Shown: positions 31,884 to 41,254 of the stretch, piece after piece | Layout: each line of letters begins with the position of its first letter | Numbering within the stretch: position 1 is the stretch's first letter | Source: Chloroflexota bacterium | Lineage (GTDB): Bacteria; Chloroflexota; UBA11872; VXOZ01 | Assembly (NCBI GenBank): GCA_963662335.2 | Contig: CAXXVD010000001.1 | Location: 224,001 to 288,000 of the forward strand | Direction of reading: 5' to 3' | DNA length: 64,000 nt | Notes under the pieces: generated by a model | The model's input: only the letters and a program-made list of their open reading frames with translations | Told to the model about the DNA's origin: nothing | The model's database searches: none | Made by a program: the position numbers and the translations under genes

Positions 31884-33191
31884 TCACGCCACCGCCGTAC
31901 CGCGCAGCGAATACGCCGTCGTCTCCTCGATGCGCACCGGCAAAATCTCGCCCACCAGATTCTCGCGGGCGTCGCTGAAGAACGTCACCCGGTCGGTGCG
32001 GATGCGGCCCCACCACTTGTCGTGCTTGCGGCCTTCCACCAGCACGTCCAGTGTGCGGCCCCGCAGCCGCGCGTTCTTGGCGCTTACGATGCGTTCCTGC
32101 AAGGCTTCCACCGCCAGCAGTCGCCGGTGCTTCTCGGCGCGCGGCACGTCGTCGGCCATCTCCTCCCCGGCTTTCGTGCCCGGCCGCGGCGAGTACATCG
32201 CGGTGTGCACCACGTCCAGTTCAAGTTGCCCCAGCATCGCCAGCGTATTCTCAAACTGCGCTTCGGATTCGCCGGGAAAACCCACGATGACGTCCGTGGC
32301 AATCGAGGCGTGGGGAATATACCCACGAATGCGCGCCACCAAGTCCACGTAGCGGCGGGCGGGATAGCCGCGCTTCATGCGCCGCAATACCAGGTCGTCG
32401 CCGCTCTGCACGGCAATGTTGAAGTGCTCGCAAACGTTGGGCAGGCTGCCCACCGCCTCGATGATGCGGTCGGACATGAAGAGCGGGTGCGAGGTGAGAA
32501 AGCGGATGCGTTCCAGCCCCGGCACGCCGCTGCACGCCGTGAGCAGGTCCGCCAGGTCCGGCCGGCCTTCCAGGTCGCGGCCGTAGTCGTCCACGGTCTG
32601 CCCCAGCAGGGTCACTTCCCGCGTGCCGTGGCGCGTCAACCAGCGCAACTCGCGCACCACCTCGGCAATCGGACGGCTGCGCTCCGGCCCCCGCCGGATC
32701 GGCACGATGCAGAAGGCGCAGCGCATGTTGCAGCCGTAGATTACCGGCACCCAGCGGCACGGCCCGCCGTTCGCCAACGGCGAACCCTCCAGGCAGCCCT
32801 CGTCCAACATGCCCCGGTTGCCGGCCTTTTGCTGGGCAAACTCCAGAATCGGTTCGTACTCCACCGGCTTGGTGAAGACGTCCACCTGCGGCAGGCGCGC
32901 CTGCAAGCGCTCCAGGCTGTCGTCGCCCACCATGCAGCCCATCATGGCAATGCCGAGATCGGGATTCTTCTTCTTCATACCCGAGAGCCAGCCAAGCTGC
33001 CCCAGCGCCCGGTCCTCGGCGTTCTGGCGCACGGCGCAGGTGTTCACCACCACCAGATCGGCCTGCGCCGGCTCGTCGGCCCAGGCGTAGCCCAGCGCCT
33101 CCAACGAGCCGCCCAGCCGCTCGGAATCGGCCTTGTTCATCTGGCAGCCGTACGTGATCAGGTGGTAGCGCAAGTCCGTGCCGTTGGGCAC
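31884..33191 (-). CDS. miaB: tRNA-2-methylthio-N6-dimethylallyladenosine synthase
   Basis: TYGCQMN, NTCAVR, GCM, radical SAM CNMRCAFC, IVGFPGE, C-terminal TRAM domain. Confidence 0.95.
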   Translation of the reverse strand: MPNGTDLRYHLITYGCQMNKADSERLGGSLEALGYAWADEPAQADLVVVNTCAVRQNAEDRALGQLGWLSGMKKKNPDLGIAMMGCMVGDDSLERLQARLPQVDVFTKPVEYEPILEFAQQKAGNRGMLDEGCLEGSPLANGGPCRWVPVIYGCNMRCAFCIVPIRRGPERSRPIAEVVRELRWLTRHGTREVTLLGQTVDDYGRDLEGRPDLADLLTACSGVPGLERIRFLTSHPLFMSDRIIEAVGSLPNVCEHFNIAVQSGDDLVLRRMKRGYPARRYVDLVARIRGYIPHASIATDVIVGFPGESEAQFENTLAMLGQLELDVVHTAMYSPRPGTKAGEEMADDVPRAEKHRRLLAVEALQERIVSAKNARLRGRTLDVLVEGRKHDKWWGRIRTDRVTFFSDARENLVGEILPVRIEETTAYSLRGTAVA

Positions 33192-33334
33192 CGCGAGGAT
33201 CCTTTTCCCTATATTCTAGGGTGATGAAACCGTCCCAAACGTCCGCCCTCCATTGTAGCAAGCGGCGGCAGCGGCGTGAAGAAGCCGCAGACAACCCCCT
33301 CCTGCCTGAGGTGTGGTTGACAGGGATTCGGAAA

Positions 33335-33428
33335 TGTCATTCCGAGCGCAGCGAGGAATCTAAAGCTGATGGCATACAGAGGCAGTGCCCTAGATTCCTC
33401 ACTCCGCTGCGCTCCGCTCGGAATGACA
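33335..33428. repeat. Inverted doublet of TGTCATTCCGAGC-family palindromic elements
   Basis: TGTCATTCCGAGCGCAGCGAGGAATCT (33335-33361) and inverted AGATTCCTCACTCCGCTGCGCTCCGCTCGGAATGACA (33392-33428). Confidence 0.8.
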
Positions 33429-33572
33429 CGTTCAGTCGAACATAGAGTGCCCACCTCTGTCGTCAAGGTAAGGGAACTCATGTATTGCCCGGCTTCTCAC
33501 CGCAGGTTCGTTTCGGTTACACAAGTGTCTCCAAGAGAGAGGCAATTGGCTTCGCCAACGATTCGTCTCGTC

Positions 33573-34337
33573 CTACCGCGCCAGCCAGCCGCCGTCGATG
33601 GGCACGATCGACCCGTGCATGAAGTTGGACTCATCCGAAGCCAGATAGACCGCCAGTTTGCCGATGTCCGCCGCCGTTCCCCAGCGGCCGGCGGGCGTGC
33701 GCAGCCGGATTTCGGGCGCGCGCGCGGGATTCTGTTGTAGCGCCTCGGTCAAATCCGTGTCGATGTAGCCGGGCGCAATCGCGTTCACGTTGACCCCGTG
33801 CGGGGCCCAATCGGTCGCCAAGGCCCGCGTGATGCCGGCTACCCCGTGCTTGCTTGCCACGTACGGCGCGATCTGCACGCCGCCCTGGTACGACATGAGC
33901 GAGGCGATGTTGATGATCTTGCCCCGGCCTTGCGGCACGAAGTAGCGGCCCGCCGCCTGGCAGAGGAAGAAGACGGCGTTGAAATTCACCTGCAAAACCG
34001 TGTTCCAATCTTCTTCAGTCAGTTCCAACGCCGGCTTGCGGCACGTGACGCCGGCGTTGTTCACCAGGATGTCGAGCCTGCTGAAGTGCGCTGCCGTTTG
34101 GCCCACGAGCGCATTGAGGTCGGATACCGTAGCCGTCGCCAGGTCGGCTTGCAGCGAGAGATAGCGCCGCCCCGCTGCCTCTACCTGGGCCTGCGTCTCG
34201 GTGGACGCCGAACGCGACACGCCGGCCACGTCCGCGCCGGCCTCCGCCAGCGCCCGCGCAATGCCCTGTCCGATGCCCCGGCTCGCGCCCGTAACCAGTG
34301 CGACCTTGTTCGTTAGGCAAAATGCTGGCGCGGTCAT
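33573..34337 (-). CDS. kduD: SDR oxidoreductase, 2-dehydro-3-deoxy-D-gluconate 5-dehydrogenase-like
   Basis: TGASRGIG, NNAG, KIINIASLMSYQGG, YVASK, DGGWLAR C-terminus characteristic of KduD. Confidence 0.75.
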   Translation of the reverse strand: MTAPAFCLTNKVALVTGASRGIGQGIARALAEAGADVAGVSRSASTETQAQVEAAGRRYLSLQADLATATVSDLNALVGQTAAHFSRLDILVNNAGVTCRKPALELTEEDWNTVLQVNFNAVFFLCQAAGRYFVPQGRGKIINIASLMSYQGGVQIAPYVASKHGVAGITRALATDWAPHGVNVNAIAPGYIDTDLTEALQQNPARAPEIRLRTPAGRWGTAADIGKLAVYLASDESNFMHGSIVPIDGGWLAR

Positions 34338-34698
34338 AGCAGAACTCTCCTTGTATCGGGCCTGTAGTCTCCGCTTGCATTGGTAAGCGCGGCCGCCGTG
34401 TTGTTGATGATTCGTCGCATTGAAGAGAATACCCTACGCGGCCCGGCGCTTCCCGCGCGCGCTCTTGCCTTGACGCGCGGCGCGAGTCCGTGACAGAATG
34501 CCATCTGTGAGAGTAGCTTGCGCGGGCCCTGCCTTGCGCCGCCGGCGCTGCTCTCCGGCTACGCGCATTCGCCCGCGCGCGGCTTTTTTCAATGCAACGT
34601 GACCCAAAGACACCTTCCGCGCCGCAATGGCCATGGGCTGGCGGTGACGGCATTACATAGTTCTACCGACTAGAAAGACGCTAACGAGGAGGCGCTTG

Positions 34699-37600
34699 GT
34701 GGCCGGGTTCAAGGATGTCAGCAGCAACCTCGACTTTCCCAGTATGGAGCATCGGATCCTAAAGTTTTGGGAGGATACCGATGCCTTCAAAAAGCTCGTA
34801 GAGAAGAACCGCGACAATCCGCGCTGGTCTTTCATCGACGGCCCCATTACCGCCAACAACCCCATGGGCGTCCACCACGCCTGGGGGCGCACCTACAAGG
34901 ACGTGTACCAGCGCTTTAAGGCCATGCAAGGCTACGCGCAGCGCTACCAGAACGGCTTCGATTGCCAGGGCCTGTGGCTGGAGGTCGAGGTGGAGCGCGA
35001 CCTCGGTTTCGACTCCAAGCACGAAATCGAGGAATTCGGCCTGGACAACTTCTCCCGCGAGTGCCGCAAGCGCGTCGAGCATTTTTCCACGGTGCAGACG
35101 AACCAGTCCATCCGCCTCGGCCAGTGGATGGATTGGGACAACTCGTACTACACCATGGACGATACCAACATCGAGCACATTTGGCACTTCTTGAAGCGCT
35201 GCCACGAGAAGGGCTGGCTCTACAAGGGCTGGCGCTCCATGCCGTGGTGCATCCGCTGCGGCACCAGCCTCTCGCAACACGAACTGGTCGGCACCGACAC
35301 GTACCGCGAGGTCACGCACCCCAGTATCACGCTGCGGCTGCCCGTGAAAGGCCGCGCCAACGAGTATTTCCTGGTGTGGACGACCACGCCGTGGACGCTG
35401 GCGGCCAATACCGCGCTGGCGGTGCATCCCGACCTGACCTACGTGGCTGCTGAAGCCGATGGGAACACCTATTACCTATCCAAAGGCACGTTCGAGAGCG
35501 TGGGACGCGGCAAACTCACCGCCGTCCGCGAGTTCGCCGGCGCGGAGCTTGTTGGTTTGGAGTACGTTGGCCCCTGGCATGAACTGCCGGCGCAGCAGGG
35601 CTTTCCCACCACCGTCGTCGGCTGGGACAGCGTGGGCGAGGAAGAAGGCACCGGCATCGTGCACATCGCGCCCGGCTGCGGCGCGGAAGACTACGAACTC
35701 TCGCAGGAGCACGGCCTCCACGTCATCGTGCCCATCGACGGCGACGGCAATTACGGCGACGGCTTCGGCGCGCTCTCGGGCACGAACATCACCGAGACCA
35801 ACGAGCCGATCTTCGCCGCGCTGGAAGAAGCCTGTCTGGTCTATCGCATCGAGGATTACACCCACCGCTATCCCGTCTGCTGGCGCTGCGGCGAAGAGGT
35901 GGCTTTCCGCTTGGTTGACGAGTGGTTCATCTCCGCCGACGAAATCCGGGAACGGATGCTGGCGGAGAACCAGACCGTCGCGTGGGCGCCCGAGTACGGC
36001 CGCAAGCGCATGGACGATTGGCTCAACAACATGGGCGACTGGTGCATCTCCCGCAAGCGCTTCTGGGGCCTGCCGCTGCCGTTCTACCACTGCGCGGACT
36101 GCGATCACGTCACCATCGTCGGCACCGTGGCCGAGCTAGCAAAGCGCGCCGTAGATCCCGCCAAGGTGCGCGCCCTGCCGGAACTGCATCGTCCCTGGAT
36201 CGACGAGGTCACCATCCGCTGCGAGCAGTGCCAAAGCGAGACGCCGCGCATCCCGGAGGTCGGCGACTGCTGGCTGGACGCCGGCATCGTGCCGTTCTCC
36301 ACGCTCGGCTACCTGGAGGGCAGCAACGCGTGGGGCAAGTGGTACCCGGCCGACTGGGTGAGCGAAATGCGCGAGCAAATCCGCCTCTGGTTCTACGCCC
36401 TCGCCTTCATGAGCGTCACCCTGGAGGACGTGCGCCCCTACCGCAGCGTGCTCATCTACGAAAAGGTCAACGACGAGCACGGCAAGCCGATGCACAAGAG
36501 CCACGGCAACGCCATCTGGTTCGACGACGCCGTGGAGAAGATGGGCGCGGACGTAATGCGCTGGCTCTACTGCGAGAGCAACACGCAACAGAATCTCAAC
36601 TTCGGCTACGGCGTCGCCAACGACGTCAAGCGCCGGCTCCTGCTCTTCTGGAACGTCTACAATTTCTTCGTCACCTACGCCCGGCTGGAGGAATTCGATC
36701 CCACCAAAGTTTCCGTGCCGCTGGAAGTGCGGTCGCTGCTGGACCGCTGGCTCACCGCGCTGCTCCACAAGCTGGTGCGGGACGTGACCGCCGACCTGGA
36801 ACGCTTCGACGCCTATAGCGTCTCGCGGCGGATCAATGACTTCATCGAGCAGTTGTCCACGTGGTACGTGCGCCGGGGCCGCCGCCGCTACTGGAAGTCC
36901 GGCCAAGACCGGGACACGCTCTCCGCGTATGTCACCCTTTATGAGGCGCTTACCACGCTTACGCGCCTCATTGCGCCCATCATGCCGTTCCTCAGCGAAG
37001 AGGTCTACCAAAACCTGGTGCGCGCAGTGGACGGCGGCGCGCCGGAGAGCGTCCACCACACCGAGTGGCCGCGCTACAATGCGGCCCTCATCGACGAAGA
37101 CCTGCTGGCGCACATGGAATTGGCGCAGCGCGTGGTCAGCCTGGGCCGCGCCGCCCGCAGTTCCAGCAAGATCAAGGTGCGCCAACCGCTGCCGGAGATG
37201 CTGGCGCACGTCAAGTCCGCCGGCGAGCAAGCCGGTTTGGAGCGCCTACAGGAGCACATTCTCAACGAACTCAACGTCAAGGCGCTGCGCTTCGTCGGGC
37301 CGGAAGAGGAGTTGGTTACCTACGAACTCAAGCCGCGCTTCAACCTGCTCGGCCCCAAGTACGGCCGCCAGGTCAAGGCAATCGCGGCGGCGTTGCGGCA
37401 GAGCGACGCCCAGGCCGGCGCGCGGCTGGCTGCGCAGGGCGAGTCAATCGCAGTGCAGGTGGACGGGCAGACGGTCGCACTTCTGCCGGAGGAAGTGGAC
37501 GTGCAAGCGCGGGAGCGCGCCGACTACAGCGTGGCGACCGAAGAAGGCTACCTGGTGGCGCTCCACACCGAGATTAGCCCCGCGTTGGAGTTGGAAGGCA

Positions 37601-37869
37601 TGGCCCGCGAGTTGATCCACCACGTGCAGAACCTCCGCCGCGCGGCAGATTTCTCTCTCTCCGACCGCATCGTAACGTACGTAACGGTTGCCGACGGCGC
37701 TGACGGCCGCGCGAGCCTGGCGGAGATGCTGGGCGCACACAGCGCCGCGGTCGCGCAGGAGACGCTCTCCCTGCGCGTGGAACCGGCCGTCGCGCCGGAC
37801 GAAGCCCACCAGGAAGTCGTCGATCTCAACGGTGTTGCGGTGGCGCTGGGCGTGGCGCGCGCTTCATGA
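34699..37869 (+). CDS. ileS: Isoleucine--tRNA ligase, type 2, GXHH signature
   Basis: DGPITANNPMGVHH, WTTTPWT, GTGIVHIAP, DWCISR, PMHKS, long C-terminal region; AGGAGG RBS 6 nt before GTG 34699. Confidence 0.95.
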   Translation: MAGFKDVSSNLDFPSMEHRILKFWEDTDAFKKLVEKNRDNPRWSFIDGPITANNPMGVHHAWGRTYKDVYQRFKAMQGYAQRYQNGFDCQGLWLEVEVERDLGFDSKHEIEEFGLDNFSRECRKRVEHFSTVQTNQSIRLGQWMDWDNSYYTMDDTNIEHIWHFLKRCHEKGWLYKGWRSMPWCIRCGTSLSQHELVGTDTYREVTHPSITLRLPVKGRANEYFLVWTTTPWTLAANTALAVHPDLTYVAAEADGNTYYLSKGTFESVGRGKLTAVREFAGAELVGLEYVGPWHELPAQQGFPTTVVGWDSVGEEEGTGIVHIAPGCGAEDYELSQEHGLHVIVPIDGDGNYGDGFGALSGTNITETNEPIFAALEEACLVYRIEDYTHRYPVCWRCGEEVAFRLVDEWFISADEIRERMLAENQTVAWAPEYGRKRMDDWLNNMGDWCISRKRFWGLPLPFYHCADCDHVTIVGTVAELAKRAVDPAKVRALPELHRPWIDEVTIRCEQCQSETPRIPEVGDCWLDAGIVPFSTLGYLEGSNAWGKWYPADWVSEMREQIRLWFYALAFMSVTLEDVRPYRSVLIYEKVNDEHGKPMHKSHGNAIWFDDAVEKMGADVMRWLYCESNTQQNLNFGYGVANDVKRRLLLFWNVYNFFVTYARLEEFDPTKVSVPLEVRSLLDRWLTALLHKLVRDVTADLERFDAYSVSRRINDFIEQLSTWYVRRGRRRYWKSGQDRDTLSAYVTLYEALTTLTRLIAPIMPFLSEEVYQNLVRAVDGGAPESVHHTEWPRYNAALIDEDLLAHMELAQRVVSLGRAARSSSKIKVRQPLPEMLAHVKSAGEQAGLERLQEHILNELNVKALRFVGPEEELVTYELKPRFNLLGPKYGRQVKAIAAALRQSDAQAGARLAAQGESIAVQVDGQTVALLPEEVDVQARERADYSVATEEGYLVALHTEISPALELEGMARELIHHVQNLRRAADFSLSDRIVTYVTVADGADGRASLAEMLGAHSAAVAQETLSLRVEPAVAPDEAHQEVVDLNGVAVALGVARAS

Positions 37870-38028
37870 ACGGCGTAAAGCCGTGCGGCAAGAGTTGGCG
37901 GGTGTCGGGGCCACTCAGCGAGGCTTTGGCGCAGCCCGCACGCGCGGCTACCGCACGCGCAACGTGCTGAAAGCAAGAGGTGGCGCGCGCGAATCGTGCG
38001 CCCAAGATTACTTCGCAGCGAAAGGAGT

Positions 38029-38499
38029 ATGACCGTGCCTGAGAGTCAGAAAACCCTCCCCCGCGTTTTCAAGTGGTTCGGTGAAGGGAAAGTCGCCTCC
38101 TCCGGTTTCCCTGAAACCGAGGAGCAGTTGTGCGCGGTGGCGGAACAGGGCATCAAGCACATCGTTGCCGCCTCCCGCAAGACGCCGGATACCGAGACCA
38201 TCGAACGCCTCGGCATGACGGTCGACCGCTTCAGTGGCGTCAGCAGCGACGTGGCAACCCTGGACGCCGCCGTGGAGTCGCTCCACGCGGCCGCCCTGCG
38301 CGACGAGAAAGCCCTCGTCCACTGAGGCTCCGGTTTCGGCGGGGCCGGTACGGTCCTGGCAGGATACTTGGTGAAGCACGAAGGTTTTTCCCCGGCGGAC
38401 GCGGTGCAGGCGCTGCGCGATTTTCGCCCCGGCGACTTGAAAGGCGGTGAGGTGGACGCGCTCATTGCCGAGTATGCGGAGAGCCTCACGTCTGGGTGA
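38029..38499 (+). CDS. Dual-specificity-phosphatase-fold protein with in-frame TGA (38323-38325) at the catalytic Cys; candidate selenoprotein
   Basis: AAGGAG RBS; read-through gives VH-U-GSGFGGAGTVLAGYLVKHEGFSPADAVQALRDFRPG, collinear with the DSP/DUSP23 P-loop and following helices; terminator after the second stop. Confidence 0.75.
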
Positions 38500-38521
38500 C
38501 ATGGCGCTAACTTTGAGTGAG

Positions 38522-38554
38522 AGAAGCCCGCTACGTTTGCCGTAGCGGGCTTCT
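38522..38554. terminator. Intrinsic terminator, probably bidirectional
   Basis: 14-bp stem AGAAGCCCGCTACG/CGTAGCGGGCTTCT, T-rich tail, between convergent genes. Confidence 0.8.
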
Positions 38555-38619
38555 ATTTCTTCGTTTGTACTGCCCTATCGCGGGGAAAAGCGTTTGGCCC
38601 GGCATTCATCTGTGCCGGA

Positions 38620-38835
38620 CTATTCGCCCTTAGTTGGCGTATTGGCGTCCGGCCCCCTGGCGCTGGCAAAGTAGCCTTCCAACAAACCTTCGATGCGGGC
38701 TAGCCGCTGCTCAATGTTAGAAACGCGACTCTCAAGACTAGACATTCTTCCATCCAGGCTGCGGATTTGCAGCATGAGAAACCCGCCGACCGCAACGCCT
38801 GTGACAACAATGGTTGCAGCAGATTCCCAGTTCAT
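38620..38835 (-). CDS. Small protein with N-terminal TM helix and coiled coil
   Basis: AGGAGAGG RBS; heptads LDGRMSSLESRVSNIEQRLARIEG. Confidence 0.7.
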   Translation of the reverse strand: MNWESAATIVVTGVAVGGFLMLQIRSLDGRMSSLESRVSNIEQRLARIEGLLEGYFASARGPDANTPTKGE

Positions 38836-39040
38836 AGTCCTCTCCTTTGCTAGTTCACTTCAATATATCAAACAATGCGCGAGGGAGCAAACCTAGTTTC
38901 AGGGAAGCCCCATTTGGTAGGCCAATGCGCAATTGGCTTTACACCCAAAGATGGAACGATGCAAAAACCGTGACCGACGTTCTGCGTCGGCTCGCCAACT
39001 TGCCGGGCGGCCATAACCCAGAGAGACAATCTACGCTCCG

Positions 39041-40393
39041 CTAGCCCGTTGGCAAATCAGGATTCGGTTCCGGTCGCACGTGCTGCGCCAGAAACGCCGT
39101 CAACTCCCCAATCGGCACCCGTTCCTGCTCCATGCTGTCCCGGTGGCGCACGGTCACCGTGTGGTCGTCTTTGGTGTCGAAGTCCACCGTAATGCCGAAC
39201 GGCGTGCCCACCTCGTCCTGCCGCCGGTAGCGGCGGCCGATGCTGCCGCTCTCGTCGTAGAAGACGTCCCAGTGCAGTTGCAGTTCCGCCACGATCTCTT
39301 TGGCAATGTCGGGCAGGCCGCCCTTCTTCACCAGCGGCAGAATCGCCGCCTTGATCGGCGCGAGAAACGGATGGAAGCGCAGCACCACCCGGGTATCGCC
39401 TTTGGCGTCCTCGTCCTGGTCGTAAGCGTCCAGCAGAAACGTTAGCAGCGCCCGGTCGGCCCCGGCGGCCGGCTCGATCACGTAGGGCGAGATGTGCTCC
39501 TTCTTCTGCTCATCGTAGAAGGTCAATTCCTGGCCGGTAGCCTCACCATGGTTGCGCAGGTCGTAGTCGGTGCGGTTCGAGACGCCTTCCAACTCGCCCC
39601 AGCCAAAGGGAAAGTGATACTCGATGTCCCAGCAGTACTTGGCGTAGAACGCCAGTTCGTCGTCCCCATGCTGCCGTAACCGCAGGTTCTCTTCCTTGAC
39701 GCCGTACGCCGCGTACCACTGCCGCCGCGCCTCCAGCCAGTAGGCGTGCCAGCGGTCGTCCGTGCCCGGCTCGCAGAAGAATTCCAGTTCCATCTGCTCG
39801 AACTCCCGCTGGCGGAAGATGAAGTTGCCCGTCGTAATCTCATTGCGGTACGACTTGCCGATCTGCGCGATGCCAAAGGGCAGGCGCAGCCGCGACGACG
39901 TGAGCACGTTCTTGAAGTTCACGAACATGCCCTGCGCGGTTTCGGGCCGCAGATAGGCCACGGCAGAGTCATCCTCCACCGGCCCCACGAACGTTTTGAA
40001 CATAGTCAGGAAGCGGCGCGGCGCGGTGAATTCCCCGCCGCAATTGGGGCAGTCCTCGCCTTCCAGATGGTCCACGCGAAAGCGCTGGTGGCAACTCGTG
40101 CAATCAACCAGGGTATCGGCAAAGTGGGAAGCGTGGCCGGTGGTCTGCCACACGCTGGGATTCATGACCACGCCGGTCTCAATGCCCACCACGTTCTCGC
40201 GCGTGCGCACGGTATTGTGCCACCAGGCCTCGCGCACGTTGCGTTTCAAGGCAATGCCCAGCGGCCCGTAGTCCCAAAAGCTCTCGAAACCGCCGTAGAT
40301 TTCGCTGGAGGGATAGACGAACCCCCGCCGCTTGCACAGGCTGACGATCTCTTCCATAGTGTCGGTTTTCGCTGCCAACGTGATTCCCTTCAC
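39041..40393 (-). CDS. glyQS: Glycine--tRNA ligase, alpha2 type
   Basis: KRRGFVYPSSEIYGG, YLRPETAQG, FRQREFEQME, IEPAAG, IGRRYRRQDEVGTP. Confidence 0.95.
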   Translation of the reverse strand: MKGITLAAKTDTMEEIVSLCKRRGFVYPSSEIYGGFESFWDYGPLGIALKRNVREAWWHNTVRTRENVVGIETGVVMNPSVWQTTGHASHFADTLVDCTSCHQRFRVDHLEGEDCPNCGGEFTAPRRFLTMFKTFVGPVEDDSAVAYLRPETAQGMFVNFKNVLTSSRLRLPFGIAQIGKSYRNEITTGNFIFRQREFEQMELEFFCEPGTDDRWHAYWLEARRQWYAAYGVKEENLRLRQHGDDELAFYAKYCWDIEYHFPFGWGELEGVSNRTDYDLRNHGEATGQELTFYDEQKKEHISPYVIEPAAGADRALLTFLLDAYDQDEDAKGDTRVVLRFHPFLAPIKAAILPLVKKGGLPDIAKEIVAELQLHWDVFYDESGSIGRRYRRQDEVGTPFGITVDFDTKDDHTVTVRHRDSMEQERVPIGELTAFLAQHVRPEPNPDLPTG

Positions 40394-41154
40394 GACTCTG
40401 TCTTCAACGCGCGCATACGCTCCAGAAAGGGTGTGGTCTTCAAGTCCTGTTCCGCAACGTAGCGCACGAACGCGTCCGCGGCCTGTTCCAGTTCAGTGGT
40501 TGTGGCCGGATCGGCCTGCAGGCGCTCCACGCTAGGCAGCGGCTCCCGCGCTAGCCACCGTAAGCACTTGATGGCGCGCACCCCAATGCGCAAGCCGGAA
40601 ACGCCCCCGCAGGAGGCGCACACCACCCCGCCAACATCCGGGCGCATGCGGCTGCCCTTTGCGGAAAGCGGCCCGCCGCACTGGGCGCACGCTTGGAGTT
40701 GCGCCTGGTATCCCAGGGCCGCCAATAGCTGTAGTTTATAGGCAACCAGGACCAGCGGCAAGGCGGCGCTCGCCGCCAGCGCGCCCAGCGCCTTGACGAG
40801 CAAGACGAATTCCGCGTACGCCTCCACCTCTTCCTCGACCAGGAGATGCGCGGTTTCGACCGCCTGGTAGGCGTACGGCAAGCGGTCGAGTTCGGTGCGC
40901 AGTTCCGGAAAAGTCTGCACGGTCTCCGCCTGCACCACCAGGTCCAGGCTGCGGCGGCGCACCACGAAGACCTTGGCCAACGTAAAGAGTTCCAGGTGCC
41001 CCGCCATGCGGCTCGTCGGCCGCCGCACGCCTTTCGCCACCACGTTCAGGCGTCCCCGGTCGGGCGTGAGCAGCGTCAGACGCCTATCGGCCTCATAGAA
41101 ATCCGACCGGCGCAGCACGATCGCTTCCGCAATGTAGGTGCGTTCTTTCGCCAT
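40390..41154 (-). CDS. recO: DNA repair protein RecO
   Basis: AIVLRR..FYEADR, AKGVRR, CAQC...CASC zinc finger; overlaps the glyQS start. Confidence 0.92.
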   Translation of the reverse strand: MAKERTYIAEAIVLRRSDFYEADRRLTLLTPDRGRLNVVAKGVRRPTSRMAGHLELFTLAKVFVVRRRSLDLVVQAETVQTFPELRTELDRLPYAYQAVETAHLLVEEEVEAYAEFVLLVKALGALAASAALPLVLVAYKLQLLAALGYQAQLQACAQCGGPLSAKGSRMRPDVGGVVCASCGGVSGLRIGVRAIKCLRWLAREPLPSVERLQADPATTTELEQAADAFVRYVAEQDLKTTPFLERMRALKTES

Positions 41155-41254
41155 GAGCGTTCAACGGGCCGGCGCGCGGGCGGTTCCCCGGCCGTCGCCC
41201 ACGCCGTCTCATGCTTTACCGGCCGCGGCCCGGCGGTGCGCGCAACCCCAGCGG

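Noticed and set aside
31692-33224. Long antisense/alternative-frame ORFs (also 2143-3447, 12613-14013, 48071-49486, 52272-53915)
   Set aside because: They shadow well-supported genes on the opposite strand, lack motifs, and are expected in high-GC DNA.
34340-34698. T-box riboswitch upstream of ileS
   Set aside because: No T-box consensus found; only a weak GC stem before a T-run near 34585.
37996-38325. 109-aa ORF as listed in the ORF track
   Set aside because: The better start is ATG 38029 with an RBS, and homology to the phosphatase fold continues past the TGA, so the listed ORF is a truncated view.
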